64,000 nt of DNA from Desulfomonilia bacterium. Its GTDB lineage: Bacteria > Desulfobacterota > Desulfomonilia > UBA1062. Position numbers and translations under genes: made by a program. Location of the stretch: contig JBEKDT010000016.1 in NCBI GenBank assembly GCA_050014195.1, forward strand, positions 55,023 to 119,022, written 5' to 3'. Positions 52,227-62,046 of the stretch are shown here, piece by piece. The stretch's first letter is position 1; every line of letters starts with the position of its first letter. The notes beneath the pieces are model-generated. The model saw only the letters and a list, made by a program, of their open reading frames with translations. It searched no databases and was not told the origin of the DNA.

Positions 52227-52762
52227 CAAGGGACAAAACTCCTAAAAAACAGGCCGACCATGGAAAAACCTTCAAAGGATTTGCACGCCGTGCATGTGAG
52301 CTTGGTGCGGATGACGCGAGAATCATACCTGCCTTGACCGTGGTAACCGCACCATGGGTGAGGATGAAGTGCCATTTCGGGTGCGAGCTCTACGGGCTGG
52401 GTTACTGCTGTCCCCCGCAAACACCCACACCCAACGAAATGCGCGATGTGATCGCATGCTATGAGCATGCCCTGCTCTTTCACTGCACGAAACCGGGAAG
52501 CCTGAGCCGTATGGCCTATGAGCTCGAGAGGGAAATATTCCTGAACGGATTTTACAAGGCCATCGGACTCGGTTCAGGGCCCTGCAGGATCTGCAGGAAA
52601 TGCTCCCCAAAAGGATGCAAACATCCCGATCGGGCCAGGCCATCCATGGAGGCATGCGGGATAGATGTGTTTGCCACTGTGCGGGCAAACGGCTTCGCCA
52701 TAGAAGTACTCAGGGATGAAAGCTGCAGGGGGAATTATTACGGATTAGTCCTGATAGACTAA
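52223..52762 (+). CDS. DUF2284-like Cys-rich protein
   Basis: KCHFGC..YG..CCPP, CRICRKC, RPSMEACGIDV. Confidence 0.85.
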   Translation: MTRDKTPKKQADHGKTFKGFARRACELGADDARIIPALTVVTAPWVRMKCHFGCELYGLGYCCPPQTPTPNEMRDVIACYEHALLFHCTKPGSLSRMAYELEREIFLNGFYKAIGLGSGPCRICRKCSPKGCKHPDRARPSMEACGIDVFATVRANGFAIEVLRDESCRGNYYGLVLID

Positions 52763-52786
52763 AATGGTTTCATCAAAGGAACAACA

Positions 52787-53809
52787 TTGATGCAAAATGG
52801 AGGCGTGCCATGGCCTGATATCATGAATGCCCTGGAAGATCTCTACCTGGAAATCGACCAGAAGGCTTATGAGCTCTTTGACCTCCATTCTGACAGGCTC
52901 CTTTGCAGACAAGGCTGCATAAAATGCTGCATGGACGGCATCACGGTCTTTGAGGTGGAGGCCCGCAACATAAGGGAACACTACGGCGGCCTGTTGGAGC
53001 TCGGTGTCCCCCACACCGAAGACGCATGCGCCTTCCTGGATCTTAAAGGCACTTGCCGGATCTATCAATACAGACCCTATGTATGCCGTACGCAGGGACT
53101 GCCGCTACGCTGGCTTGACGAGACCGGAACCGGGGATATCGTTGAGCTGCGTGATATCTGCCCGGAAAACGAGAGCGGGCCGGCCATTGTAACCCTGCCT
53201 GAAGAACAGTGCTGGACCATAGGCCCTTTCGAGCTCAGGCTTGCCGCACTCCAGGCCCTAGTCTCAGGCAAAGAAACGGTCAGGGTCCCCCTCAGGTCAC
53301 TGTTTAAGCCTTCTTCCTCGACAGGGGTAAAAAATGATATCGCAAAACCAGAAGCACCATCAATGGAGATAGACATCGATATCAGCACATGTACCAAAAC
53401 GGATGAACAGGAGATTATTGAACTGCTGAGGGAAGCCGGGCTCTTAACCGATGATCTCACACCTGAAAAGCTCCGGAATTTTCTTGTGGCCCGAATTGAA
53501 GACAGGGATATCATCGGCACAGTGGGGTGCGAAGCATTTGAAAGGTACGGCCTTCTGAGATCTCTGGCGGTCCGCCCCGATTACCAAGGTTCGGGGATCG
53601 GGAGAATTCTCGTGGCTGAGATGGAAGCTTATGCACGGAAATCAGGCATCGAGACACTGTATTTGTTGACCACTACCGTGCCGGATTATTTCACAAAGCT
53701 CGGGTTTCAGGTTACTAAGCGATCATCCGCACCCGGCTGCATTGCGGCAACAGAGGAATTCAGGGGCCTCTGCCCGGTGTCTGCCGTGTGCATGTATAAA
53801 CAACTATGA
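52787..53809 (+). CDS. Fusion of a YkgJ-like Cys-cluster domain and an ArsN2-like GNAT
   Basis: CRQGCIKCC, CAFL, CRIYQYRPYVCR; LLRSLAV, LYLLTTT, EEF..LCP.SA. Confidence 0.78.
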   Translation: MMQNGGVPWPDIMNALEDLYLEIDQKAYELFDLHSDRLLCRQGCIKCCMDGITVFEVEARNIREHYGGLLELGVPHTEDACAFLDLKGTCRIYQYRPYVCRTQGLPLRWLDETGTGDIVELRDICPENESGPAIVTLPEEQCWTIGPFELRLAALQALVSGKETVRVPLRSLFKPSSSTGVKNDIAKPEAPSMEIDIDISTCTKTDEQEIIELLREAGLLTDDLTPEKLRNFLVARIEDRDIIGTVGCEAFERYGLLRSLAVRPDYQGSGIGRILVAEMEAYARKSGIETLYLLTTTVPDYFTKLGFQVTKRSSAPGCIAATEEFRGLCPVSAVCMYKQL

Positions 53810-53824
53810 AAAGAGGAACTGCTC

Positions 53825-54820
53825 ATGAAGCTCAAACGTATCCGATTAAAGGGTGATACATCCCCAGCAATAGCGATATTTTTTAAAGACGAATGGCTGC
53901 CGCTGAGGCTCGTCTTGGGCCAGGCAGGCCATGTCCTCACACCGGAGGAAGAGTCTCTCTCCACAGACATGATCTCCCTGCTCCAGAAGGGTCCGGCATT
54001 CCGGCAGTTCCTGGAGGGCCTCATGGATGCCTGGCTCTCAGGACATGCCGGGCAGCAGAAATCCTTTGATGATACACCTTTGCTGCCTTTCGAGCCCAGG
54101 TCGTACCGGGATTTCATGCTCTATGAGAGACATGCCGTCGATGCGGCACGCGGTTATGCAAAACGCTTCATCCCTTTAGGCTATAAGATCGCGACAATCT
54201 TTGAGTACATCACCGGCCGCACCTTCCCCCTCTTCCGGCCCAAAGGGCAATGGTATAAGAGACCCATCTACTACATGGGGAACCACTTGAGCTTTGTCAC
54301 GGATAATCATGCAATCGCCTTCCCGTCGTACAGCAAGGCCCTGGATTACGAGCTCGAGCTCGGTGCTATCATTACCCACCCCATCAAGAATGCCGCCCCC
54401 AAAGAGGCCCTTACGGCCATCGGCGGATTTGCGGTGTTCAACGATTTCAGCGCCCGGGATATACAACTCGCCGAGATGAAGAGCGGTTTCGGACCAACAA
54501 AGGCGAAGCACTTCGCCAATGCCGTATCTTCCGTTGTCGTATCAGCTGATGAGATACTCCCTTATCTGAATAACCTCCAGGCGGAAATAAGGATCAACGG
54601 GCGTTGCATTGTAAAGACATCCACCGCAGGCATGCACTTCAGCCTTGGCGAGGCCATTGCCTATGCATCACTTGAGGAGCAGCTTTACCCGGGTGAGTTC
54701 ATTGCCACAGGGACGCTGCCCGGCGGGAGCGGCATGGAGAATGGCAGATGGCTTAAGTCCGGGGATATCATTGAGCTCACGATAGAACGGGTCGGGACAT
54801 TGACCAACACCATCGTGTGA
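53825..54820 (+). CDS. Fumarylacetoacetate hydrolase family protein
   Basis: LDYELELG, NDFSARDIQ, K.K.FAN, GEFIATGT. Confidence 0.9.
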   Translation: MKLKRIRLKGDTSPAIAIFFKDEWLPLRLVLGQAGHVLTPEEESLSTDMISLLQKGPAFRQFLEGLMDAWLSGHAGQQKSFDDTPLLPFEPRSYRDFMLYERHAVDAARGYAKRFIPLGYKIATIFEYITGRTFPLFRPKGQWYKRPIYYMGNHLSFVTDNHAIAFPSYSKALDYELELGAIITHPIKNAAPKEALTAIGGFAVFNDFSARDIQLAEMKSGFGPTKAKHFANAVSSVVVSADEILPYLNNLQAEIRINGRCIVKTSTAGMHFSLGEAIAYASLEEQLYPGEFIATGTLPGGSGMENGRWLKSGDIIELTIERVGTLTNTIV

Positions 54821-54983
54821 GGAGCAGCTTTACCCATACTGCCTTTTTTAAGAGAATGGTAATCAAAGAAGGGATGCCGTACAAGTCTTGATTTTGATCT
54901 GCCAAGTTTATATCATGAATAACGAGGGCATATTGAAAAAGGCTCGATCAATACCTAATCATAACTTCAGGAGGTGAAATATA

Positions 54984-55163
54984 ATGGCAGAGAAGAAACA
55001 GTCAATCACCCCATCAAACCTGGCACACGAATGGGGCGTCGGTCTGAAGGCGGTTAAGGAAGCCATTGTTAAGGCAGGCATCGAACCGAATTCAACACGC
55101 GGGGCATGCAAGTACTACACAGAGGCGGATGCAAAAAAGATCAAGGCCTATTTGAAAAAGTAA
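54984..55163 (+). CDS. Small basic protein, 59 aa, possibly HTH (below the ORF-track cutoff)
   Basis: RBS AGGAGGTGA; MAEKKQSITPSNLAHEWGVGLKAVKEAIVKAGIEPNSTRGACKYYTEADAKKIKAYLKK; followed by a 17-bp stem. Confidence 0.75.
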   Translation: MAEKKQSITPSNLAHEWGVGLKAVKEAIVKAGIEPNSTRGACKYYTEADAKKIKAYLKK

Positions 55164-55180
55164 TCATACTCGAACCTATG

Positions 55181-55237
55181 GTCTTCAGGCCTTGGCCGTC
55201 AACAATCCAATACCCGCCTTGGTCAAGGCCTGAAGAC
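55181..55237. terminator. Long stem-loop after the small ORF
   Basis: GTCTTCAGGCCTTGGCC / GGTCAAGGCCTGAAGAC. Confidence 0.55.
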
Positions 55238-55308
55238 TTCTTACGATTAACACACAAACGATATGAATAATGAGGTTATGAATTTAAACTGGAAGTAAGA
55301 TAACACCA

Positions 55309-55443
55309 ATGAACGATACCTATACCTACCAGCTCATGGATGAAAGTGATGCCCCCTTGGTAAGCGATCTTGTCACAAAGGTGTTCATGAAATCCATTGC
55401 CCCTCTCTACTCCCTTTATGGGATAATGAAGATAAGGAGATAA
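55309..55443 (+). pseudogene. Truncated GNAT-like N-terminal remnant (44 aa)
   Basis: MNDTYTYQLMDESDAPLVSDLVTKVFMKSIAPLYS resembles GNAT N-termini and stops early. Confidence 0.35.
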
Positions 55444-55446
55444 TCG

Positions 55447-55866
55447 ATGAAGACTCTCAATCCCACTCGGGAAAGCCTTTCTTACCTAAAGGATGCTTTT
55501 CCCAAGGATACGCCCATTGTGATGGTCAACCTCTTAAAATTTCGGGACAAGGCCCTCTATCCGAAGGGATCGAGCTTTGAGGCGTGCTCGGGCAGGAATG
55601 CGTATAAACGGTATATGGAGACTGCCATGGAAAAGCTCAGTGAGGTGGGGGCCCGGCCTATCTGGATGTCCAAGGCATTTGCCGGCGTTATCGCCCCTGA
55701 GGATGAGACATGGGACCAGATCTTCCTGGTGAAGTATCCTTCGATTGATGCATTCATGACCATGCTCAAGATGCCCGACTACCTCGCAGCCACGGTTCAT
55801 CGTGAAGCGGCCCTTGTAGATTCAAGGCTCATTGCTACCGTTGAAATCCTTTCAGAATTAAGCTGA
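55447..55866 (+). CDS. DUF1330-like protein
   Basis: MVNLLKFR, AY.RY, WD...LVKYPS..AF..M, HREAAL. Confidence 0.85.
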   Translation: MKTLNPTRESLSYLKDAFPKDTPIVMVNLLKFRDKALYPKGSSFEACSGRNAYKRYMETAMEKLSEVGARPIWMSKAFAGVIAPEDETWDQIFLVKYPSIDAFMTMLKMPDYLAATVHREAALVDSRLIATVEILSELS

Positions 55867-56006
55867 CCATCATGACAAACCATGGATACAGGTAACAAAA
55901 GCGATGATAAGAATCATGAGAATTTTTTAATCTTCTTCTAATCATTGTCTAATTATCCCTGTCGTATAGAGGGCGGTATCAATAAATAATCCAGGAGGAA
56001 CGTACC

Positions 56007-56396
56007 ATGAAGAAAGTATTTAGCTTAATCGCAGTATTGGCACTGGTGTGCTTCACCACGATGGTCTTCGCAGCCGACGCAGCAGCACCCGCAGCAGCAG
56101 CACCCGCAGCAGCAAAGGCTGAGCCGGCAAAGGCTGATGTAGCAAAGGCCGATGTAATCAAGGGCAAGATCACCAAGATCGACAAAACAGCGAACACGAT
56201 CGATGTAAAGGGCAAGACCTTCACCGTGAAGGCGGAAGATATTGCCAACCTGAAGAAGGGTCAGATGGTAAAGATTACAGCGGCAGCCGGCAGCCTGAAC
56301 GCAGACAAGATTGAGGTTATTAAGGCAAAGAAGGCAGTGAAGAAGGCAGCAGCAGCCGAGAAGAAGGCAGAAGCGACTGAGAAAAAGGCTGAATAG
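56007..56396 (+). CDS. Exported Ala/Lys-rich small beta-barrel protein
   Basis: RBS GGAGG, signal peptide (VFA), KGKITKID..L.KGQMVKI OB-like core. Confidence 0.78.
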   Translation: MKKVFSLIAVLALVCFTTMVFAADAAAPAAAAPAAAKAEPAKADVAKADVIKGKITKIDKTANTIDVKGKTFTVKAEDIANLKKGQMVKITAAAGSLNADKIEVIKAKKAVKKAAAAEKKAEATEKKAE

Positions 56397-56412
56397 CAGC
56401 ACTAAGAGTTAG

Positions 56413-56480
56413 GGGGTTCTCTCCTTACGTGTGCATCGCGCAGGATACGCTCCTGACAGCACGAAAAAGGAGGGAACCCC
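56413..56480. terminator. Extended stem-loop between convergent genes
   Basis: GGGGTTCTCTCCTT/AAGGAGGGAACCCC outer stem plus inner pairings. Confidence 0.55.
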
Positions 56481-56502
56481 ATTCTGTTTCAAAATATCTT
56501 GA

Positions 56503-57918
56503 TCATTTTTCCTTATCTTGGAATCTCCTTTGAAACTCCGCATATCTGATCAGGTGCGCTATAGCCTTGAAAGAGTCTTCGGCATGCTCGATGAAGTATA
56601 CTCCGTGCTCGTAGTAGTACCTCCGCGCATAGTCGTTCACCTCTCTGAAGGTGAGCGGTATGACCGGTTTCGGTGCGCTACGGGCGAGCCCTAGGAATGT
56701 ATCGTTGAACTTGAGGGCCATGTCGTCATTGTCGCCGGAGGGCGCAAAAGACAGGGGTGCGATGATATCGAGGTTCTCATCATCGAGCAGAATAGTGATG
56801 ATCTCCCCCATGCCGTTCCAAAAGCCCGATCCGGTCAAATCAAGGGGGTTGTCCGGCTGGGCGAACTCGGGGAGCACTGCCTTGAGGGAGGCGACTGACT
56901 TCTCGGAAAGCCCGGGCACTAAGATGCCGTACCGGGCGCATAGGTCTGCATAGAGCCCGCACAGTCCGCCCGAGAGGGTGCAGATGCCGATCCTGCCCCC
57001 TTCAGGGAGTTTGCACCGCGAGAAGATTCCAGCAGTCTCGACGAGTTCTTCAATCGTATCCACACGGATAATGCCGTACTGTGAGAAAAATCCTTCCATC
57101 ACCTCGTCGTTGCCCGCCAGCGCCCCGGTATGTGAGCTGGCGGCCTGTCTGCCTTTCTCCGAGCGTCCCACCTTTAAGATGATAATGGGTACCTGCCTCT
57201 CGGCGGCGGCAATCGCAACCTCCTTCATACGGGGGATGTCCCGAAAACCTTCCATGAAAGCGGTTATCACCCGGGTGCCTCCGTCGTGTACGAGGTATTC
57301 CATGCAGTCTTCAGTCGTGAGCATTGCCTCATTGCCTGTAGTGGCATACAGGGAGATCCCCAGCGACCTCTTGAGGAGCTTGCTTGCGATTATCTCGGTT
57401 GTGGCGCCGCTCTGGCCGATCACGGCGATGTCACCCTGCAGCAGCTCGCCTTCCACGGACCCGCCGGCAAATACACTCGTGCCTTCAACGAGGTTCATGA
57501 AACCAAGACAGTTCGGGCCCATGAGGAGAATGTCATTATCCTCGCAATAGCCCTTAAGCTGATCTTGTTTGGCAGCACCCTCTCGGCCCATCTCGGCAAA
57601 ACCCGAGGATATGAGCACCACATCCCTGATCCCTCTGAGCCTGAGCTCTTCAATCACGCCCAACACCAGGGTGCTCTTGACGATAACCACGGCAAAGTCA
57701 ATGATGCCCGCGGGGAGCTCCCCTATGGACGGGTATGCCCTGATGCCTTTAACCTCGGCAGCCTTGGGATTGACCGGGTAGAAACTACTTTTGAATCCCG
57801 ACCGGGAAGCGTATTCCATCAGGTTTGAAAACCACTGGTTCTTGGTGGTTGCACCCACCACTGCGATGTGGCGGGGGGAGAAAAACCTCTTCATACGCTT
57901 CCGAGCTGTGTGCTTCAT
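56503..57918 (-). CDS. ADP-forming acyl-CoA synthetase alpha-like (CoA-binding) protein
   Basis: IAVVGAT, YPVNP, GPNCLG, QSG, SHTGALAG, NPLDLT. Confidence 0.88.
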   Translation of the reverse strand: MKHTARKRMKRFFSPRHIAVVGATTKNQWFSNLMEYASRSGFKSSFYPVNPKAAEVKGIRAYPSIGELPAGIIDFAVVIVKSTLVLGVIEELRLRGIRDVVLISSGFAEMGREGAAKQDQLKGYCEDNDILLMGPNCLGFMNLVEGTSVFAGGSVEGELLQGDIAVIGQSGATTEIIASKLLKRSLGISLYATTGNEAMLTTEDCMEYLVHDGGTRVITAFMEGFRDIPRMKEVAIAAAERQVPIIILKVGRSEKGRQAASSHTGALAGNDEVMEGFFSQYGIIRVDTIEELVETAGIFSRCKLPEGGRIGICTLSGGLCGLYADLCARYGILVPGLSEKSVASLKAVLPEFAQPDNPLDLTGSGFWNGMGEIITILLDDENLDIIAPLSFAPSGDNDDMALKFNDTFLGLARSAPKPVIPLTFREVNDYARRYYYEHGVYFIEHAEDSFKAIAHLIRYAEFQRRFQDKEK

Positions 57919-58102
57919 AGACTAAGGACCCCCTTTGTCAACAGGATAATCAACACCATCTGAAAGAGTATATTGTCAAGAATAAACAAAGGTTCACGAC
58001 TCGAAAGAAATGGTGTAGAAATGGTAACGGTCCACATGAATCTTTCCCATCGTAGTCGCCATCTCTCAATTATGAGGATGACCGCTGGGGGTATTGATAA
58101 GA

Positions 58103-59002
58103 ATGTCGCATGATCATGATCATCATGGCAACGCACTGGGCAATATCAGATTAGCCTTCTATCTGAACCTTGTCTTCACGGTATTTGAGATCATAGGCGG
58201 GCTGTGGACAAACAGCCTTGCCATCATGGCCGATGCCATCCATGACCTTGGCGACAGTTTCGCACTTGGGTCAGCCTGGTTCCTGGAACGCCTCTCCATG
58301 AAAAAAGGCGACATGCTTTATTCGTATGGGTACCACCGATTTTCCCTGCTCGGCGCCCTCATCACGTCCGCAATGCTTATTACCGGTTCACTTTTCATCC
58401 TTCTCAAGGCTCTACCCAGGCTCATTCATCCCCAGCTCCCCTATGCTCCCGGAATGTTGGTCTTCGCCATTATCGGAATCATGGTAAACGGCGCAGCTGT
58501 CCTCAAACTGAAAGGGAGCGCCGGGATGAACGCCAAGATGGTGGCATGGCATCTCCTGGAGGATGTACTCGGATGGGCCGCCGTTCTCGCCGTCAGCATC
58601 ATACTTTTTTTTAAGGATATGCCGGTCCTTGACCCGCTCCTCTCCTGCCTTATCACCTTCTATGTCCTCTTCAATGTCATGAGAAACCTGGGAAAGACCT
58701 TGGGCATCTTCATGCAGGGCGTACCTGAAGGGGTCGACATCGTGGCGATTGAAACGGGCATTCGTTCTCTTAAGCATGTCACCTGTACGCACCACACGCA
58801 CATCTGGTCGCTGGATGGTATGCACCATGTGCTCACCACCCATGTCGTGGTGGACAAGGATGCAACGAGGGATGACATTATCCTGATCAAAGAATGCATA
58901 CGCGACCTCATGCTTGCCCACGACATGGACCATTCCACCGTAGAGATCGAGTACAGCGGCGAAGAGTGCAGGATCACCTCTGACACCTGCAACTGTTCAT
59001 AG
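58103..59002 (+). CDS. Cation diffusion facilitator (CzcD/ZitB-like)
   Basis: His-rich N-terminus, DAIHDLGD, HLLED, HIWSLD. Confidence 0.92.
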   Translation: MSHDHDHHGNALGNIRLAFYLNLVFTVFEIIGGLWTNSLAIMADAIHDLGDSFALGSAWFLERLSMKKGDMLYSYGYHRFSLLGALITSAMLITGSLFILLKALPRLIHPQLPYAPGMLVFAIIGIMVNGAAVLKLKGSAGMNAKMVAWHLLEDVLGWAAVLAVSIILFFKDMPVLDPLLSCLITFYVLFNVMRNLGKTLGIFMQGVPEGVDIVAIETGIRSLKHVTCTHHTHIWSLDGMHHVLTTHVVVDKDATRDDIILIKECIRDLMLAHDMDHSTVEIEYSGEECRITSDTCNCS

Positions 59003-59143
59003 ATCATGGAAGCGGATCCTGGCCTGAAGTCAATAATTGGTCAAAAGGCAGCTGCCGGACTCAAAAGGTGCTTCTTCATAACCCCTTCCCCATGATACAT
59101 AAGGGGTACATCACACCACATCAAAGCGCAGGAGGTAATCAAA

Positions 59144-59407
59144 ATGAAATCGGAACACATTATCGTAGGGATCCATGTGACGGACCGCATGAAGCATGCA
59201 TCGGATGTTCAGAAGATCTTCACCGAGTACGGATGCAACATCAAGACAAGACTGGGCCTGCATGAGGTTCAGGGAAACTTCTGCTCCGGCGGCGGCATCG
59301 TCATCCTGGAGATGGTCGGGGACAGCGCATCCATCGACGCTATGATAAAAAAGCTTAAAAAGGTCGAAGGGATCGAGGCCAAAAAAATGACCTTCAGCCA
59401 CGACTGA
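59144..59407 (+). CDS. TM1266-like small ACT-fold protein
   Basis: VQKIFTEYGCNIKTRLGLH; RBS GGAGGT. Confidence 0.7.
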   Translation: MKSEHIIVGIHVTDRMKHASDVQKIFTEYGCNIKTRLGLHEVQGNFCSGGGIVILEMVGDSASIDAMIKKLKKVEGIEAKKMTFSHD

Positions 59408-59460
59408 GGTGCCGGTCAAAAGACCCCATCAATGATGAACGACATATAGCGAGGTAATCA

Positions 59461-60294
59461 GTGGAATATTCACAGATCGAGTATAAGAAACAAGGCGAGA
59501 TAACCATTATCGCCTTCAACAGGCCTGCGGTTATGAACTGCATCGGGCCGGTGACACACAGAGAGCTTGTTGATGCATGGGGCCGATTTAAAACGGACGA
59601 CTCCGCAAAGGCAGCTGTTCTCACCGGCATGGGAGATCAGGCCTTCTGCACCGGTGGCGACCTCAGGCACGGGCCTGAGGTAGTCTCGATGGACCCTGAA
59701 GAGATCGCCGCCCACTGCCGGGGGGAGAGGCCGGGCTATCTCGGCCCCAGCAGGTGGACGGACATCTACAAGCCCATCATCGCAGCTGTCAACGGCGCGG
59801 CCTACGCAGGCGGACTGGAATGGGCATGCTTTGCAGACATCCGCATCGTGGAAGAGCATGCTACTTTCGGTGTGACCTGCAGGAGGTGGAACATCGGGCT
59901 GGCCGACGGCGGCACCCAGCGTCTGCCCAGGATCATCGGGCTCGGCAGGGCCATGGAGCTCATCATCACCGGCAGGGTCATCAACGCGGACGAGGCCTAT
60001 CGCATCGGGCTTGCAAACGAGATCGTAGCCAAAGGCAAGTCCCTTGAACGGGCCATGGAGCTTGCCGGGTTCATCTGCACCCTGCCCCAGCCCGCCATGC
60101 GAACCGACAAGGAGGCCGCCATCCGCGGGTTCGGCATGCCTCTGGACGAGGGGCTCAGGATCGAGGCCGAATGCTTCAATAAATCCATCCAGGACCCTGC
60201 CACCATCGAAGGCTTACGGCAATTCCTTGATCGGGACCACCCTGACCGGAAGGCCGGCAGGAAATCCAAGACCCCCGGACTTGCGAGGGGCTGA
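59461..60294 (+). CDS. Enoyl-CoA hydratase/isomerase family protein
   Basis: AFCTGGDL, KPIIAAVNG.AYAGGLE, DGGTQRLPR. Confidence 0.92.
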   Translation: MEYSQIEYKKQGEITIIAFNRPAVMNCIGPVTHRELVDAWGRFKTDDSAKAAVLTGMGDQAFCTGGDLRHGPEVVSMDPEEIAAHCRGERPGYLGPSRWTDIYKPIIAAVNGAAYAGGLEWACFADIRIVEEHATFGVTCRRWNIGLADGGTQRLPRIIGLGRAMELIITGRVINADEAYRIGLANEIVAKGKSLERAMELAGFICTLPQPAMRTDKEAAIRGFGMPLDEGLRIEAECFNKSIQDPATIEGLRQFLDRDHPDRKAGRKSKTPGLARG

Positions 60295-60367
60295 GGAGGC
60301 AAAATCTCTGGTTCTTCTTTGTGAAGCATATTTTTATGGCTTGCATCCTTCTCCCAGCCTATTGTTC

Positions 60368-60389
60368 TCACCACGAAGAGCACGAAGAA
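60368..60389. repeat. CACGAAG-periodic repeat arm abutting the GxxExxY remnant
   Basis: TCACCACGAAGAGCACGAAGAA is identical (22/22) to 14091-14112. Confidence 0.85.
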
Positions 60390-60391
60390 GA

Positions 60392-60535
60392 TTATAGGAC
60401 AAAACGCTTAACGCCTGTCCGAAGCACCTTCCCATTGAAGTTGATCAGCAGGTCTGTCTCAACACCCGCCAAATTCATATAGGCAAGCAACTGAGCTTCA
60501 TGGATGCCCTTGCCCTCCTGCTGTTCGACTTGCAC
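60392..60535 (-). pseudogene. C-terminal remnant of a GxxExxY (PD-(D/E)XK-like) protein
   Basis: IHEAQLLAYM...LLINFN..VL..GVKRFVL matches the recalled GxxExxY C-terminus; N-terminal half missing. Confidence 0.75.
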
Positions 60536-60573
60536 GGTATTAATCAACATGTTCTCTCCCTCCATCGACATCT

Positions 60574-60753
60574 GCCCCCTCACCCCGACCCTCTCCCTCA
60601 GGGAGAGGGACATTAAGATATCCTAGGCTGTCCTTTTCTCATACTTCACCGATACTAAAGGATCTCACCTAAACCCCCAGGTAAAACCCGGCATTCTTCC
60701 GAAATACATTCCCCTCTCCCCCTGCCAGGAGGAGAGGGCCAGGGTGAGGGGGC
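60574..60753. repeat. Inverted pair of CCCTCACCC..CCCTCTCC..GGAGAGGG REP-like palindromes
   Basis: Copy at 60574-60609 and inverted copy at 60711-60753. Confidence 0.8.
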
Positions 60754-60855
60754 GATCATACTTATGCATGAGCACCTATTTACAACCTTTCCATTCCGGG
60801 CCGTCAATGCTACTGTGGAGCGGTTATGGACAAGAAAGAGCATCGTGCAGGCATC

Positions 60856-62046
60856 ATGGGAATCATCATCCTCAAGCCCGGGCGAGAGGACTCGTTGAAG
60901 CGCCGCCACCCATGGGTGTTCTCCGGGGCTGTGGCCGAGGTGAAGGGCAACCCCGGCAATGGAGAGACGGTAGACATACTGGCATCCGACGGCATATGGC
61001 TCGCTGCCGGGGCCTATTCCCCGCACTCCCAGATCAGGGTGCGCATCTGGTCCTTTTTACCGGGCGAGGCAATCGGCCCTGAATTCTTCCGAAAGCGACT
61101 GGAACATGCCATAACCCTGCGGAAGTGTCTGCTCGAAGGCAAAGACAAGGAAACAACCGCCTGCCGCCTGGTGAATGCGGAATCCGACGGCCTGCCTGGC
61201 CTTGTCGTGGACCGCTATCATGATTTTCTGGTCTGCCAGTTCCTCTCATCAGGGGCCGAGTTCTTCAAAGATGAGATCACAGGGCACCTCACCGGCATCA
61301 CCCATGCAAAGGGCATCTATGAGAGATCGGATACGGATACCCGGGTCATGGAAGGGCTTGAGCCGAGGGCCGGAACAATCCGGGGAGAAGATCCGCCTGA
61401 GCTCGTTGAGATCAAGGAGCATGGTCTTCGCTTCCTGGTGGATATCAGAAAGGGCCACAAGACCGGCTTCTATTTGGACCAGTGTGAAAACAGGCTCGCA
61501 GTTGCCGGGTTCTCCAAGGACTCCGAAGTCCTCAACTGCTTCTCATATACCGGCGCCTTCGGGCTTTGGGCCATCAAAGGCGGCGCAGCCCAGGTAACCA
61601 ATGTCGAATCGTCTCCTGAGGCCCTTGCGATCGGGCTCAGAAACGCCGAGATCAATGACATGGGCCAAAAGTTCCTGTGCCTTGAGGATGACGTGTTCCA
61701 GGTGTTACGGGGTATGCGCGATGCGGACAGGAAGTTCGACCTCATCATCCTCGACCCGCCCAAGTTTGCTGCATCGGCCAAACAGGTGCCAAGGGCAAGC
61801 CGAGGATACAAGGACATCAACCTGCTGGCCTTCAAGCTCCTGAAGCCCGGAGGCACGCTCTTTACCTTTTCCTGCTCAGGACATGTGCCCCCTGACCTGT
61901 TCCAGAAGATCGTTGCGGACGCAGCGCTCGATGCCCGGCGTGAGGCCCAGATAATCAGATACCTGGGCCAGGCATCCGACCACCCGATTTCCCTTAACTT
62001 CCCCGAGGGGCACTACCTCAAGGGGCTTATTATAAGGGTGGGCTGA
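60856..62046 (+). CDS. rlmI: 23S rRNA m5C1962 methyltransferase (RlmI-like)
   Basis: RHPWVFSG PUA domain, ESDGLPG, GHKTGFYLDQ, FSYTGAF, LDPPKF, FSCS, YLK. Confidence 0.9.
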   Translation: MGIIILKPGREDSLKRRHPWVFSGAVAEVKGNPGNGETVDILASDGIWLAAGAYSPHSQIRVRIWSFLPGEAIGPEFFRKRLEHAITLRKCLLEGKDKETTACRLVNAESDGLPGLVVDRYHDFLVCQFLSSGAEFFKDEITGHLTGITHAKGIYERSDTDTRVMEGLEPRAGTIRGEDPPELVEIKEHGLRFLVDIRKGHKTGFYLDQCENRLAVAGFSKDSEVLNCFSYTGAFGLWAIKGGAAQVTNVESSPEALAIGLRNAEINDMGQKFLCLEDDVFQVLRGMRDADRKFDLIILDPPKFAASAKQVPRASRGYKDINLLAFKLLKPGGTLFTFSCSGHVPPDLFQKIVADAALDARREAQIIRYLGQASDHPISLNFPEGHYLKGLIIRVG

